Positions 9,222 to 19,332 of a DNA stretch of 64,000 bases are shown here, in pieces (position 1 is the first letter of the stretch; each line of letters opens with the position of its first letter). The DNA is from Bacteroidaceae bacterium (GTDB taxonomy: Bacteria; Bacteroidota; Bacteroidia; Bacteroidales; Barnesiellaceae_A), in the NCBI GenBank assembly GCA_017555825.1, contig JAFZFQ010000046.1, forward strand, positions 8,741-72,740. The letters run 5' to 3'. Under the pieces are notes generated by a model, which worked only from the letters and a program-made list of their open reading frames with translations, had not been told where the DNA came from and did no database searches. The translations under genes were made by a program, and so were the position numbers.

Positions 9222-11078
9222 TTATTTGCGGAGAGAGATGGGATTAACCTTCAAGGGAGTACCTTGACCGGCAATTGTAGCCTTCTCGCCCAATGTAGCT
9301 TTCATGCGCATGGGTGCTTTGCTTGTAGCGGGTGCAAAGTCCAAGTTGTACATGTCTGAGAAGAGGTATGCACCGCCGTCGTAGATGTACCAAAGAACGG
9401 GACGTTCGCTATCCAAGAAGAACTCAGTCTCAGAAGTAGCAACGAATGTGAGCATGCTGACGCCACCAGAAGATGTTGCGTCACCCAAAAGGAGCTCAAT
9501 TTCTACAGGATTGCCTTGTTGGTCTTGCAATACGCAAGTACCTACTACACTATACAAGTAGCTGTTGCCACAATCTTTATCGATAAATGAGAGAACATCG
9601 TATGTAGTGCCGTCGAGTTCCATAACATAGCTCAAAGCGCCCATTGTGGGGTTCTCTTCTGCGAGCATACCAGACTCGGCCAAGAAGCCTGTTATAGCCC
9701 AGTCGATACCGGTCATACCGTCGGCACCTTCAAATACCTCTGAGAGATCGAACACCTCATCGGCCATAAACATTGTAGATGAAGTGATATGTTCAGTCTC
9801 AGTTTCTGATGTAGGTACGTCAAATGCCCAGTTGTAAGCACCGGGGAGGAAGTATGTATATTCGGCATTTACTGCGGGTTTCTCTCTTGTGATGAGTGCG
9901 ACGTTGGCTACGGGATATGCAAATGTTGCATCCATGATGTAAGTAGTACCTACAAGAGCTTGATACCACCAACCATCTTCGCCCTCAAGAGCGTTACCGG
10001 CACCAATCATGTAATCTTCGGGGAAGGTAATAAAGTTGTCTTCTACAGTCATTACCAAGTCGCCTGTAGTATCAATATTTTTACCGTCCTTTGATGCACC
10101 TACAATAAATCTGTAGTTGTAAGAAACTACTTCATAGAGAACTTGACCCAAGGGCATAGTGAGTGTGCCTTTGGCCTCGTCGTAGTAGGCATATACGGGG
10201 CTTACTTCCTCTGCGGGAAGACCACCAAACAAGAAGATGGGGCTGATCCAGTATTTGTTGGCTTCGGTTGCATCGGCTGTGATGTTTACAGTCCAAGACT
10301 CACCGGGATTGCCTTCAAATGCGCTCTCGGCATAAGCATTGTATGTACCCTCGATGCCACCTTCGGTGTATTCGGTTGTGTTGCTTACGCACATTTCGCC
10401 TTCAACCTCGGTGAAGAACAATTGAGAAGCAGGTGCTTCTACGGGTGAATCCATACCATTGAGGTAGATGTATACAACGGGGATGTTAACTTCTTTGGTG
10501 AAAGTAACATTGTAGATAGCTTGATACCACCAGCCTTTTGATCCTGCAAGGATGTCGCCGATACCGAAGTAGTATTGCTCGGCAAATGAGATGACTACAC
10601 CTTTGTTGCTCTTAGAGATAGACATTGTGATATCGCTTGTAGTGTCGATGTTGCTACCATCCTCTGATGTACCGATAACCAATTTTGCTTCGCCGTTGGC
10701 ATCAAGCAATACTTGGCCCAAAGGCATGGTGAGTGTGCCTTTAGAAGCATTGAATGTAGCATAAACGGGGTCGATGTCGGCCTCAGTTGCGCCTTCAAAC
10801 AAGCAGATGGGTTGAATCCATACTTTGTTGGCGTCTTTAGAGTCGGCTGTGATGTTTACAGTCCACTCTTGAGTGGGTTGACCTTGGAATGCGCTGGGAG
10901 CCGAAGCCTCGTATGTACCCAAGATGTCTTCTACAGTGATGTCAGCAGCGGGAGCTTTGCGCATCATTTTGTGCTCAACATTTTTGCCTGCTTTCAACTC
11001 TTTGGTGATAGCTTGTTGAGCTTGCATGGGCATCATCAAGCCCATGGCGATTGCTATGATTGTAAATATTCTTTTCAT
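9222..11078 (-). CDS. Exported acidic hypothetical protein with a two-copy internal repeat, no obvious CTD
   Basis: Signal peptide MKRIFTIIAIAMGLMMPMQA; repeat GTY.A.A.SAF.G.....WTVNITAD...NK.WI.PI.LF...PVYA....GTLTMPLGQVL occurs twice. Confidence 0.8.
   Translation of the reverse strand: MKRIFTIIAIAMGLMMPMQAQQAITKELKAGKNVEHKMMRKAPAADITVEDILGTYEASAPSAFQGQPTQEWTVNITADSKDANKVWIQPICLFEGATEADIDPVYATFNASKGTLTMPLGQVLLDANGEAKLVIGTSEDGSNIDTTSDITMSISKSNKGVVISFAEQYYFGIGDILAGSKGWWYQAIYNVTFTKEVNIPVVYIYLNGMDSPVEAPASQLFFTEVEGEMCVSNTTEYTEGGIEGTYNAYAESAFEGNPGESWTVNITADATEANKYWISPIFLFGGLPAEEVSPVYAYYDEAKGTLTMPLGQVLYEVVSYNYRFIVGASKDGKNIDTTGDLVMTVEDNFITFPEDYMIGAGNALEGEDGWWYQALVGTTYIMDATFAYPVANVALITREKPAVNAEYTYFLPGAYNWAFDVPTSETETEHITSSTMFMADEVFDLSEVFEGADGMTGIDWAITGFLAESGMLAEENPTMGALSYVMELDGTTYDVLSFIDKDCGNSYLYSVVGTCVLQDQQGNPVEIELLLGDATSSGGVSMLTFVATSETEFFLDSERPVLWYIYDGGAYLFSDMYNLDFAPATSKAPMRMKATLGEKATIAGQGTPLKVNPISLRK
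10143..10920 (-). repeat. Intragenic duplication (units offset about 570 bp)
   Basis: acttgacccaagggcatagtgagtgtgcctt (10143) vs acttggcccaaaggcatggtgagtgtgcctt (10711); cggctgtgatgtttacagtcca occurs in both units. Confidence 0.8.
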
Positions 11079-11084
11079 GACCGA

Positions 11085-11555
11085 TTATTTTTTGATGAAT
11101 TTAACTGTTGTTTGGTTTACTTGCAACATGTAAATGCCGGCAGCGAGGTTCGACACGTCGATGCGACCATTGTTGGGGGTGAGAGTAGCTTCGATGAGCA
11201 AAGCACCGTCAAGACCCATTACGCGCACTTGAGCTGCCTCACGGAGACCTTGCAAGCGCAATTCGTTAGTTACGGGGTTGGGGAAGAGTGTCACAGCAAG
11301 ACGCTCGGCCGATACGCCCTCTACAGACTCGGGAACCGATTGGCTGAAAGTAACATTGCTGATGCCCACCATCATTTCACCGTCGGTCTTTACAACGGCA
11401 AATTCTTCTGAATTGTCAGTGAACAACATGTAAGCAACTTCGCTTACGGGTACATAGTATTGGTTGTCGGCTACAAGGTGCCAAGCATCTTGAGCGAACA
11501 TACGACCTGCGCACATCATTACAACTGCGCACAACAAAAGTAATTTTTTTGTCAT
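11085..11555 (-). CDS. Small T9SS type A CTD protein
   Basis: Start moved to MTKKLLLLCAVVM (11555), downstream of the promoter at 11610-11617. C-terminus VTLFPNPVTNELRLQG...GIYMLQVNQTTVKFIKK is a canonical type A CTD. Confidence 0.88.
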   Translation of the reverse strand: MTKKLLLLCAVVMMCAGRMFAQDAWHLVADNQYYVPVSEVAYMLFTDNSEEFAVVKTDGEMMVGISNVTFSQSVPESVEGVSAERLAVTLFPNPVTNELRLQGLREAAQVRVMGLDGALLIEATLTPNNGRIDVSNLAAGIYMLQVNQTTVKFIKK

Positions 11556-11609
11556 AGTTCTTAAGGTATAAGTTAGTGAATAAATTAGTTCGTTAAATTT
11601 CACGATTTG

Positions 11610-11617
11610 CAAATGTA
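11610..11617 (-). promoter_or_regulatory. -7 promoter element (TACATTTG)
   Basis: TAnnTTTG upstream of the small CTD gene. Confidence 0.55.
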
Positions 11618-11754
11618 CAACAAGATTTTCTAAATCTATAATAATTTTATGTTTTATTGATGATGTTTTGTGCTTTTTGTATCAAAGATTGGCCGTGTAT
11701 ATTCAATTGTATATTCAATGTTTTTACGTCCTGTGCACCAATAGTAGTTCTATC

Positions 11755-11792
11755 AAAAAAAATGAGGGTGCATCACTATGATACACCCTCAT
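11755..11792 (-). terminator. Intrinsic terminator after cysS
   Basis: atgagggtg...caccctcat hairpin followed by a T-run on the minus strand. Confidence 0.7.
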
Positions 11793-11815
11793 CAATAAGG
11801 TAAAGTATTGTTTTA

Positions 11816-13288
11816 TTATTTAAGTTTCCACTCGGTACCTTCTTTGGTGTCTTTGAGTTCAAAGCCTATTTCACCCAAGCGGTCGCGGATGAGGTCGCTG
11901 GTAGCCCAATCTTTGCGAGCTTTGGCCTCACGACGCATTTCGAGCAACAAATCAACGGCCTTGGCATACGCCTCGTTTCCATTGTTGTCGGCTTGTGTAT
12001 TTTCTACAAGACCCAAGATGTCGAACATGAACATACGCATAGTCTCGCGCAACTCGTCGAGGTCGGATTGCGACAAGGTAGCGTTGCCTGCCAATACCGT
12101 ATTGATGATGCGCACACCCTCGAAGAGGTGTGAGATAACAATGGGGGTAGACAAGTCGTCGTTCATAGCCTCGTAGCAGTTGTTGCGCAACTCTTTTACG
12201 TCGATTGTAGATGTGGCTGCAGGAGTTATCTTGCTCAAGTTGTTCCAACCCTCCATCAAGCGGTTGTAGGCCTTCTCCGATGCTTGCAAGGCTTCGTTGC
12301 TAAAGTCTACCGTGCTACGGTAGTGGGCTTGCAAGATGAAGAAACGAATGGTCATGGGCGAGTAGGCTTGTTGAAGCAAAGCGTGGTTGCCGGTGAAGAA
12401 TTCGTCGAGAGTGATGAAGTTACCGAGCGACTTACCCATCTTTTGTCCGTTGATGGTTATCATGTTGTTGTGCATCCAATAGCGCACTGTTTCGTGGCCT
12501 TGTGCTGCAACCGATTGTGCAATCTCGCACTCGTGGTGGGGGAAGAGCAAGTCCATACCGCCTCCGTGTATATCAAACTCTTCGCCGAGGTATTTGGTAC
12601 CCATAGCCGAGCATTCGAGGTGCCAGCCGGGGAAACCATCGCTCCAGGGCGAGGGCCAACGCATGATGTGTTCGGGAGCGGCTTTTTTCCACAGAGCAAA
12701 GTCGAACGAGCGACGTTTCTCGCTTTGACCGTCGAGCTCGCGGGTGGTGTTGAGCAACTCTTCGATATTACGACCCGACAACTTGCCATAGTGGTGGTCG
12801 GCATTGTATTTTTCAACATCGAAGTATACCGAGCCCTCGCTTTCGTAGGCATAGCCGGCTTCGAATATTTTCTTGATATACTCTATTTGTTCAATGATGT
12901 GACCCGAAGCATGAGGCTCGATGCTGGGAGGCAATACGTTGAGAGCTTCCATGGCTTTGTGGTAGCGATTGAGGTAGTGTTGTACTACTTCCATGGGCTC
13001 CAAGCGCTCCAAGCGAGCTTTCTTGGCAATCTTGTCTTCGCCCTCGTCTGCATCATGCTCCAAGTGGCCTACGTCGGTAATGTTGCGCACATAGCGCACC
13101 TTGTAGCCCAGATGGGTGAGGTAACGGAACAAGATATCGAATGTAATGGCGGGGCGGGCGTGTCCCAAGTGGCCATCACCATACACAGTGGGACCACACA
13201 CATACATGCCCACGTGGGGGGCATTGAGGGGCACGAAGGGTACTTTAGTACGCTTGAGCGTGTTGTATATAAACAAAGGATTTTCCAT
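11816..13288 (-). CDS. cysS: Cysteine--tRNA ligase
   Basis: [13 protein letters not shown] (HIGH-like), [17 protein letters not shown]. Confidence 0.97.
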   Translation of the reverse strand: MENPLFIYNTLKRTKVPFVPLNAPHVGMYVCGPTVYGDGHLGHARPAITFDILFRYLTHLGYKVRYVRNITDVGHLEHDADEGEDKIAKKARLERLEPMEVVQHYLNRYHKAMEALNVLPPSIEPHASGHIIEQIEYIKKIFEAGYAYESEGSVYFDVEKYNADHHYGKLSGRNIEELLNTTRELDGQSEKRRSFDFALWKKAAPEHIMRWPSPWSDGFPGWHLECSAMGTKYLGEEFDIHGGGMDLLFPHHECEIAQSVAAQGHETVRYWMHNNMITINGQKMGKSLGNFITLDEFFTGNHALLQQAYSPMTIRFFILQAHYRSTVDFSNEALQASEKAYNRLMEGWNNLSKITPAATSTIDVKELRNNCYEAMNDDLSTPIVISHLFEGVRIINTVLAGNATLSQSDLDELRETMRMFMFDILGLVENTQADNNGNEAYAKAVDLLLEMRREAKARKDWATSDLIRDRLGEIGFELKDTKEGTEWKLK

Positions 13289-13307
13289 TATATTATAAAT
13301 GTATGTC

Positions 13308-14441
13308 TTATTGTTTTTTAATCACTTCTTTCACTTGGTTGAGGAAATCCTCATCGGGGTAGCCTCGCAAAAGGATAGTACCGTCGGGGGCAAAGAGGAT
13401 GAGGTGGGGTATGCCACTCACACCGTAGGTCTCGGCTGCGGGGTTGTGGTCGCTCAATATTTGAGGCCAGGGCATTTGCTCCTCTTCGATAGCGCGCATG
13501 CTGTCTTTTACCTTGTCGCGAGTGGCAAGACCCAATATTTCGAGTCCCAAGTCGTGGTACTCATTGTAGAATTCTTTCAACAAAGGCATAGACTTGCGAC
13601 AGGGAGGACACCATGAGGCCCAAAAGTCGGCCAAGACATAGTAGCCATTGCCTACATAGTCGCTCAACGAAATGCTTGTTCCCTCCTCATACTCTACGGT
13701 GAAGTCGGTAAAGGGCATGCCCTCGGCAGTAGCTTTGAGCTGGATGCGACGTTGTATGCGGCGGCTCACGGCCGGGTTTTCCAATACATAGTCGCTCATG
13801 GTGTCGAGTATGGCGTCGATGCGCTCCTCATCTTCGCACTTGGCGAGGTATGTGTTGAGTATGATTGCACCCACAATGTCGTTGGTGTGAGCGGGAAGCA
13901 TGCTCTCCATTTGCTCTACAAATGCAGCGTTGAGTTGGTCACGCTCGGCATAGAAGGCATTCTCGGCATCCTCGGGGCTCAATGTGTTGTTGTCCATCAA
14001 TGTTGTGAGGCTGTCGCTCAGTAGTTTTATGCGACCGTTCAATGCCTTGTTTGCATCGTTAAATGCAATGTAGTCGGCGTTGAGGGTAGTACCTTCGAGC
14101 ATAACACCTTGGTTGAGGTCTATCTTTATGCTCTTGCCGGGCTCGGCTATAAATGCAAAGTGTACGGTAGTGTCGCTGAGGTGATACTTCATGCTGGGAG
14201 TTGCATAAGTAGCATCTACGATAATGGCCTCGAAGGCTGTATCGACTTGTTGAGTGAAAGCAATAACACCATCGGTAACAAATGTGCTATCAAGAACCTC
14301 AATGGCCATCTTGTCTACCAAGTAAAATTTGGTATCGGGCATGTTGTCGATAAGTGCTTCTACCTTGAATGTGTTGTCCTTGCAGCACGATGCAAGCAAC
14401 AGTGTTGCAAACAATGCGATGAAAATATGACTACGTTTCAT
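13308..14441 (-). CDS. TlpA-family thiol-disulfide oxidoreductase lipoprotein (DUF4369 + AhpC/TSA)
   Basis: Lipobox LLASC; [12 protein letters not shown]; [12 protein letters not shown]. Confidence 0.88.
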   Translation of the reverse strand: MKRSHIFIALFATLLLASCCKDNTFKVEALIDNMPDTKFYLVDKMAIEVLDSTFVTDGVIAFTQQVDTAFEAIIVDATYATPSMKYHLSDTTVHFAFIAEPGKSIKIDLNQGVMLEGTTLNADYIAFNDANKALNGRIKLLSDSLTTLMDNNTLSPEDAENAFYAERDQLNAAFVEQMESMLPAHTNDIVGAIILNTYLAKCEDEERIDAILDTMSDYVLENPAVSRRIQRRIQLKATAEGMPFTDFTVEYEEGTSISLSDYVGNGYYVLADFWASWCPPCRKSMPLLKEFYNEYHDLGLEILGLATRDKVKDSMRAIEEEQMPWPQILSDHNPAAETYGVSGIPHLILFAPDGTILLRGYPDEDFLNQVKEVIKKQ

Positions 14442-14461
14442 AGTTGTTGCATTTTGTGATA

Positions 14462-15553
14462 TTATTCTTTGTCAAAAGCCTCTTTTACAGTCTCAAACAA
14501 GTCGTCGGTGGGCAATCCGCGAGTGACGATAGTGCCGTCGGGAGCAAAGAAAATGAGGTGAGGAATACCTGTGATACCGTAGATGTCGGTAGGAATTTCT
14601 TGTGCATTGATGATTTGAGGCCAAGGCATTTGCTCCTCCTCGATGGCTTGGAGTGTGTTGGCGGGCTTGTCCCATACGGCTACACCCAATATTTCGAGAC
14701 CTTGAGCATTGTATTCGTTGTACAACTCTATGAGGCGGGGCATAGACTTGCGGCAGGGGCCACACCATGAAGCCCAGAAGTCAACAAGCACATACTTGCC
14801 TTTGCCCACATAGTCGCTCAACGATACTTTAGTACCATCTTCTTGCTCGATAGTGAAGTCTACAAATCGTGCGCCGGCAGCAGTAGCTTTCTCTTTGTTG
14901 CGAGCCTCTACTGTGGGTGCAATTTTGGGGCTGGTGAGTACTTTCTCACCCATCTTCTCAAGCACAGCGTCAAGCTCTTCTTCGTCGACACCTGTACTAA
15001 GGTATGTTTCGAGCAATGTTATACCCAACACATCGTTGGTGTGGCGGTCAAGGAGTTCTTCCATTATCTCGATTACGGGCTCGTCGAGGTTCTCAACCTT
15101 TTCCATAAATACGGCTTGTGCCTCGTCCATTGTGATAGCTTCGCTTTGCAACAGAGCCATAAGACTGTCGCTGATGGCCATGTAACGCTCGTTGAGTTGG
15201 TTGTAGCTGTTGAGGTAAAGACTAAAGTCTTTGTTCAACTTGTTGGCCTTGATAAATGATTGAGTTAAGAGGTTTATCTCTACATTGCAACCAGGCTCAA
15301 CAATTACGGGCATATTGGCCTCCATATTGGCAACCATACCCATAAAGCTCTCGGTGGTTGTACCTTCAAAGCTAAATTGGCCGTTGAGGATATAGGTGGT
15401 ATCAATAGGGGCGTTCTCGTTGTAGTTCAAAAGGTAAATTTCGGTGCTGTCGAGAGCTCCTTCTATAGTGCCCGATATTTTGTAGCTATTGCTGTTGCAG
15501 GCTACAAGCATAATGCTCGCAACGAGCATCGAAAGAAAAATACTTTTTTTCAT
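14462..15553 (-). CDS. TlpA-family thiol-disulfide oxidoreductase lipoprotein (paralog)
   Basis: Lipobox LVAC; VDFWASWCGPCR; GIPHLIFFAPDG. Confidence 0.9.
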   Translation of the reverse strand: MKKSIFLSMLVASIMLVACNSNSYKISGTIEGALDSTEIYLLNYNENAPIDTTYILNGQFSFEGTTTESFMGMVANMEANMPVIVEPGCNVEINLLTQSFIKANKLNKDFSLYLNSYNQLNERYMAISDSLMALLQSEAITMDEAQAVFMEKVENLDEPVIEIMEELLDRHTNDVLGITLLETYLSTGVDEEELDAVLEKMGEKVLTSPKIAPTVEARNKEKATAAGARFVDFTIEQEDGTKVSLSDYVGKGKYVLVDFWASWCGPCRKSMPRLIELYNEYNAQGLEILGVAVWDKPANTLQAIEEEQMPWPQIINAQEIPTDIYGITGIPHLIFFAPDGTIVTRGLPTDDLFETVKEAFDKE

Positions 15554-15585
15554 AACAGTGATTCTTTATCTTTTAAGTATTGTTA

Positions 15586-17382
15586 TTACATGCGTTCGGG
15601 TACATCAATGCCCAACAGGCTCATGCCCGAGGCTATCACTTTGGCAACATTGGCCGAAAGCATCAAGCGGAAGGCGCGCACTGCCTCGTTCTCCTCTTTC
15701 AAGATTGAGAAGTCGTGGTAGAATTGGTTGTACTCCTTAACGAGGTCATACACGTAGTTGGCAATTTGTGCGGGGCTGTACAAACGACCAGCCTCGGCTA
15801 CAGTGGCCGGATATGAGGCAAGGCGTTGGATGAGGTCGATTTCCTTTTCGGCAGGAACAACACTGTTCATCTCTATTTTGCTATAGTCGATACCGGCATC
15901 GGCTGCTTTGCGCATTACCGATCGTATGCGAGCATAGGTATATTGAATGAAGGGGCCTGTATTGCCGTTGAAGTCGATACTTTCTTTGGGGTTGAATGTC
16001 ATATTCTTGCGAGGATCGACCTTGAGGATAAAGTATTTGAGAGCACCCATACCTACGATGCGTGATATTTCGCGTGCCTCCTCGGCGGTGCAGCCATCGA
16101 GTTTGCCAAGTTCGGCCGATGTCTCGCGTGCTGTAGCCTCCATTTCATCCATCAAGTCGTCGGCGTCTACAACTGTACCTTCGCGGCTCTTCATCTTACC
16201 CTCGGGCAGCTCTACCATACCATACGAGAAGTGAACGAGGTCTTTGCCCCACTTGAAGCCCAACTTGTCGAGCAAGATAGAGAGCACCTGGAAGTGGTAG
16301 TTTTGCTCATTACCCACTACATATATCATCTTGTCGATGGGGTAGTCTATAAAGCGCAACTTGGCAGTACCTATATCTTGAGTCATGTATACCGATGTGC
16401 CGTCGCTACGCAACAACAACTTGTGGTCGAGACCTTCGCCGGTGAGGTCGGCCCACACCGAGCCATCTTCCTTGCGGTACATAATGCCTTTTTCGAGGCC
16501 TTCGAGCACTTTGTCTTTACCCTCAAGATATGTTTCGCTCTCGTAGTAAATCTTGTCAAAGTCTACACCCATGCGACGGTAGGTCTCGTCAAAACCGGCA
16601 TATACCCACTCATTCATCATGCGCCACACGCTACGCACCTCTTCGTCGCCGGCTTCCCAACGACGCAGCATTTCGCGAGCCTCGGCCATAAGGGGCGATG
16701 CGGCCTCTGCCTCTTCTTTGCTCTTGTTCTCTTTCTCCATGATAGCTGCTACCTCGGCTTTGTAGTGCTTGTCGAAGAGTACGTAGAAGTCGCCAATCAA
16801 GTGGTCGCCCTTCTTACCGGCAGTCTCGGGGGTAACGTTGTTGCCCCACTTTTGCCAAGCAAGCATTGACTTGCAGATGTGAATACCACGGTCGTTTACG
16901 ATATTGGTCTTTACCACACGGTTGCCGTTAGCCTCCATGATGCGCGAGAGGCTATAGCCCAAAAGGTTGTTGCGCACGTGACCCAAGTGGAGGGGTTTGT
17001 TGGTATTGGGCGATGAGTACTCGATCATTACCAAGGGCGACTCGTCGGTGGCTTGTGTGATGCCAAAGTGCTCGTCGTGCTCTATCTCGTGCAATAGTCC
17101 TGCCCAGAATGCGGGTGCGATAACAAGGTTCAAGAAGCCTTTGATTACGTTGAAACCGGCCACGGCGGGCTCGTTGGCAATCAAATATTCGCCTATCTCT
17201 TGAGCTGTTGCCTCGGGACCTTTTTTCGAAGCACGCAAGAAGGGGAATACTACTACTGTGAGGTTGCCCTCAAACTCTTTCTTTGTCTTTTGCGGCATAC
17301 AGGTGTTTGTGTCGGCCTCTATACCGTAGAGGGCCTTCACTGCGTTGGCTGTTGCCGATGCTATAATTTGTTCTATTTTCAT
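15586..17382 (-). CDS. argS: Arginine--tRNA ligase
   Basis: IEYSSPNTNKPLHLGH, GKMKSREG, GNTGPFIQYTYARI. Confidence 0.97.
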   Translation of the reverse strand: MKIEQIIASATANAVKALYGIEADTNTCMPQKTKKEFEGNLTVVVFPFLRASKKGPEATAQEIGEYLIANEPAVAGFNVIKGFLNLVIAPAFWAGLLHEIEHDEHFGITQATDESPLVMIEYSSPNTNKPLHLGHVRNNLLGYSLSRIMEANGNRVVKTNIVNDRGIHICKSMLAWQKWGNNVTPETAGKKGDHLIGDFYVLFDKHYKAEVAAIMEKENKSKEEAEAASPLMAEAREMLRRWEAGDEEVRSVWRMMNEWVYAGFDETYRRMGVDFDKIYYESETYLEGKDKVLEGLEKGIMYRKEDGSVWADLTGEGLDHKLLLRSDGTSVYMTQDIGTAKLRFIDYPIDKMIYVVGNEQNYHFQVLSILLDKLGFKWGKDLVHFSYGMVELPEGKMKSREGTVVDADDLMDEMEATARETSAELGKLDGCTAEEAREISRIVGMGALKYFILKVDPRKNMTFNPKESIDFNGNTGPFIQYTYARIRSVMRKAADAGIDYSKIEMNSVVPAEKEIDLIQRLASYPATVAEAGRLYSPAQIANYVYDLVKEYNQFYHDFSILKEENEAVRAFRLMLSANVAKVIASGMSLLGIDVPERM

Positions 17383-17407
17383 ACTTCTATTATATATAAT
17401 AAGCGTG

Positions 17408-17415
17408 CAAAGATA
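17408..17415 (-). promoter_or_regulatory. -7 promoter element (TATCTTTG) for argS
   Basis: TAnnTTTG 25 bp upstream of the argS ATG. Confidence 0.6.
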
Positions 17416-17648
17416 ATCAATTTATATTGATATACTTATCACACCTTTGCGAAAAAGCTCTTTTCTTTGGTAAGAAATCAAAAAAAAGTGGGATTTTTGT
17501 TATAGTTTTTGTCAAAAATACTCTTTGTATCGCAATGATGGCATGGGCTTGCGTGTTGTGAATTCTTAATTTTAATAAATTTAAGCCTCCTATTTCGCAC
17601 ATTTTATTAATAAAACATACAATAGCAAGGCGGGTGATAATTATTTAT

Positions 17649-17656
17649 TACCTTTG
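17649..17656 (+). promoter_or_regulatory. -7 promoter element (TACCTTTG) for rhomboid operon
   Basis: TAnnTTTG followed by CA. Confidence 0.6.
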
Positions 17657-17723
17657 CACTGCAAAAGTCGGGTGTAGGAGTAGATAGATTCTTTTATCAC
17701 CCTGTTAATAAATACAATATACT

Positions 17724-18422
17724 ATGCGTTCATATTTCAATTCTATCCCGCCGGTTACCAAAAACCTGCTTATAATAAATGTCTTGATGTGGTTTGCCAC
17801 AATAGCCATTGGTATAAACCCTGCAACGGGTAGCTATCGAGTTGTAGAGTGGATGGGTCTCCACCTTTTTGGAGCATCTAAGTTCAACGTGGCACAGCTC
17901 ATTACCTATATGTTCTTGCACGATCCCTCGTCGTTTGCACACGTCTTTTTCAATATGTTCTCGGTCTATATGTTTGGCCGTACACTTGAGCAAGTGTGGG
18001 GTGGCAAGCGCTTTTTGTTCTATTATATCACCACCGGTATAGGTGCAGGTCTCATACAGGAGGCTGCCTGGTTTATTGAGTACGGCAACTATATATCGCA
18101 AGTGGTAGATGTGTATGGTTGGTCGCAAGCCTCTATGGCTCTCAACGGTCTTGTTACTGTGGGTGCTTCGGGAGCGGTATTTGGTATACTATTGGCTTTT
18201 GGTATGTTGTTTCCCAACGTTCCTCTATATCTCATGTTTATTCCTGTGCCCATCAAGGCCAAGTGGTTTGTGCTCGGATATGGTCTCATAGAGCTTTTCT
18301 TGGGTGTAAGTGCTACCAGCGATGGTATAGCTCACTTTGCTCACTTGGGAGGTATGTTGGTGGGTGTATTGCTCATACTCTATTGGAGAAAAAAAGGTAT
18401 AGGCAATGGCGGGTATTATTGA
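17724..18422 (+). CDS. Rhomboid intramembrane serine protease
   Basis: HVFFNM, GASGAVFG (catalytic Ser), HFAHLGG (catalytic His). Confidence 0.93.
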   Translation: MRSYFNSIPPVTKNLLIINVLMWFATIAIGINPATGSYRVVEWMGLHLFGASKFNVAQLITYMFLHDPSSFAHVFFNMFSVYMFGRTLEQVWGGKRFLFYYITTGIGAGLIQEAAWFIEYGNYISQVVDVYGWSQASMALNGLVTVGASGAVFGILLAFGMLFPNVPLYLMFIPVPIKAKWFVLGYGLIELFLGVSATSDGIAHFAHLGGMLVGVLLILYWRKKGIGNGGYY

Positions 18423-19332
18423 TAGACTCAAATACCATTTGGATGGCGCCCCTACGCTCAAACGCCTCATATACATTAATGTGGCAGCGTTTGTAGCGAT
18501 ACATCTGGTGTCGGTGGTACTCATGCTCTTCAATGTAGACTCGCTGCAGTGGCTATCGTATGTAGAAGTACCCTCGACGCTCAAAATATTGCCCTATCGC
18601 ATTTGGACTCTCTTCACCTACATGTTTGTTCACTACGACCTGTGGCACATCTTGTTCAATATGATGTGGCTCTATTGGTTTGGTAGTATTTTCATGCAGT
18701 ATTATTCTCAAAAACACCTCAGTGTGCTCTATGTTTTGGGAGGACTCTCGGGTGCGGCGTTGTATCTCTTTTCGTACAATATTTTCCCCTATTTTGCCGG
18801 TAAGGAGGGCATGATGTGTGGCGCTTCGGCTTCTATTATGGCTATTGTTTTTGCTACCACACTGCGCGTGCCCAATTTCAAGATAAACCTCATGTTTATA
18901 GGCACTGTGTCGCTCAAATATATAGCACTTGTTACTATCCTTATAGACCTTATGAGCATGACATCGGCCAATGCCGGTGGCCACTTTGCTCATATTGGTG
19001 GCGCTATTATGGGTGTGATATTTGCAATGTGCTGGAATAGGGGTACCGATATATTGCAACCTTTCAACAAGTTGATTGATAGAGTGGTGACAGTGTGGCG
19101 TGCCCCGCACATCAAGATACGCAAGCCCAAGAAGGCTCCCTTTACTCGCACTGCCGAGGAGAAAAAGGCCCCCCGCACACACCGTCGCCCCGAGACCGAT
19201 AGCGAATATTTTGCCCGCAAGAAACGCGAGGCCGAGGAGATTGATAAGATACTCGATAAAGTGAAGAAATCGGGCTATAGTGCCCTCACAACCGACGAAA
19301 AACAAAGATTGTTCGATGCCAAAAAGAACTAA
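18406..19332 (+). CDS. Rhomboid intramembrane serine protease with C-terminal soluble extension
   Basis: HILFNM, GASASIMA, HFAHIGG; C-terminal EIDKILDKVKKSGYSALT typical of Bacteroidetes rhomboids. Confidence 0.9.
   Translation: MAGIIDRLKYHLDGAPTLKRLIYINVAAFVAIHLVSVVLMLFNVDSLQWLSYVEVPSTLKILPYRIWTLFTYMFVHYDLWHILFNMMWLYWFGSIFMQYYSQKHLSVLYVLGGLSGAALYLFSYNIFPYFAGKEGMMCGASASIMAIVFATTLRVPNFKINLMFIGTVSLKYIALVTILIDLMSMTSANAGGHFAHIGGAIMGVIFAMCWNRGTDILQPFNKLIDRVVTVWRAPHIKIRKPKKAPFTRTAEEKKAPRTHRRPETDSEYFARKKREAEEIDKILDKVKKSGYSALTTDEKQRLFDAKKN

Noticed and set aside
17383-17723. 341-bp argS-rhomboid gap, where I recalled an HU gene in some Bacteroidales; also the 61-aa ORF 17417-17602
   Set aside because: No HU-like sequence or remnant was found, the gene-order recollection is unverified, and the short ORF would start upstream of the argS promoter element with no motifs.
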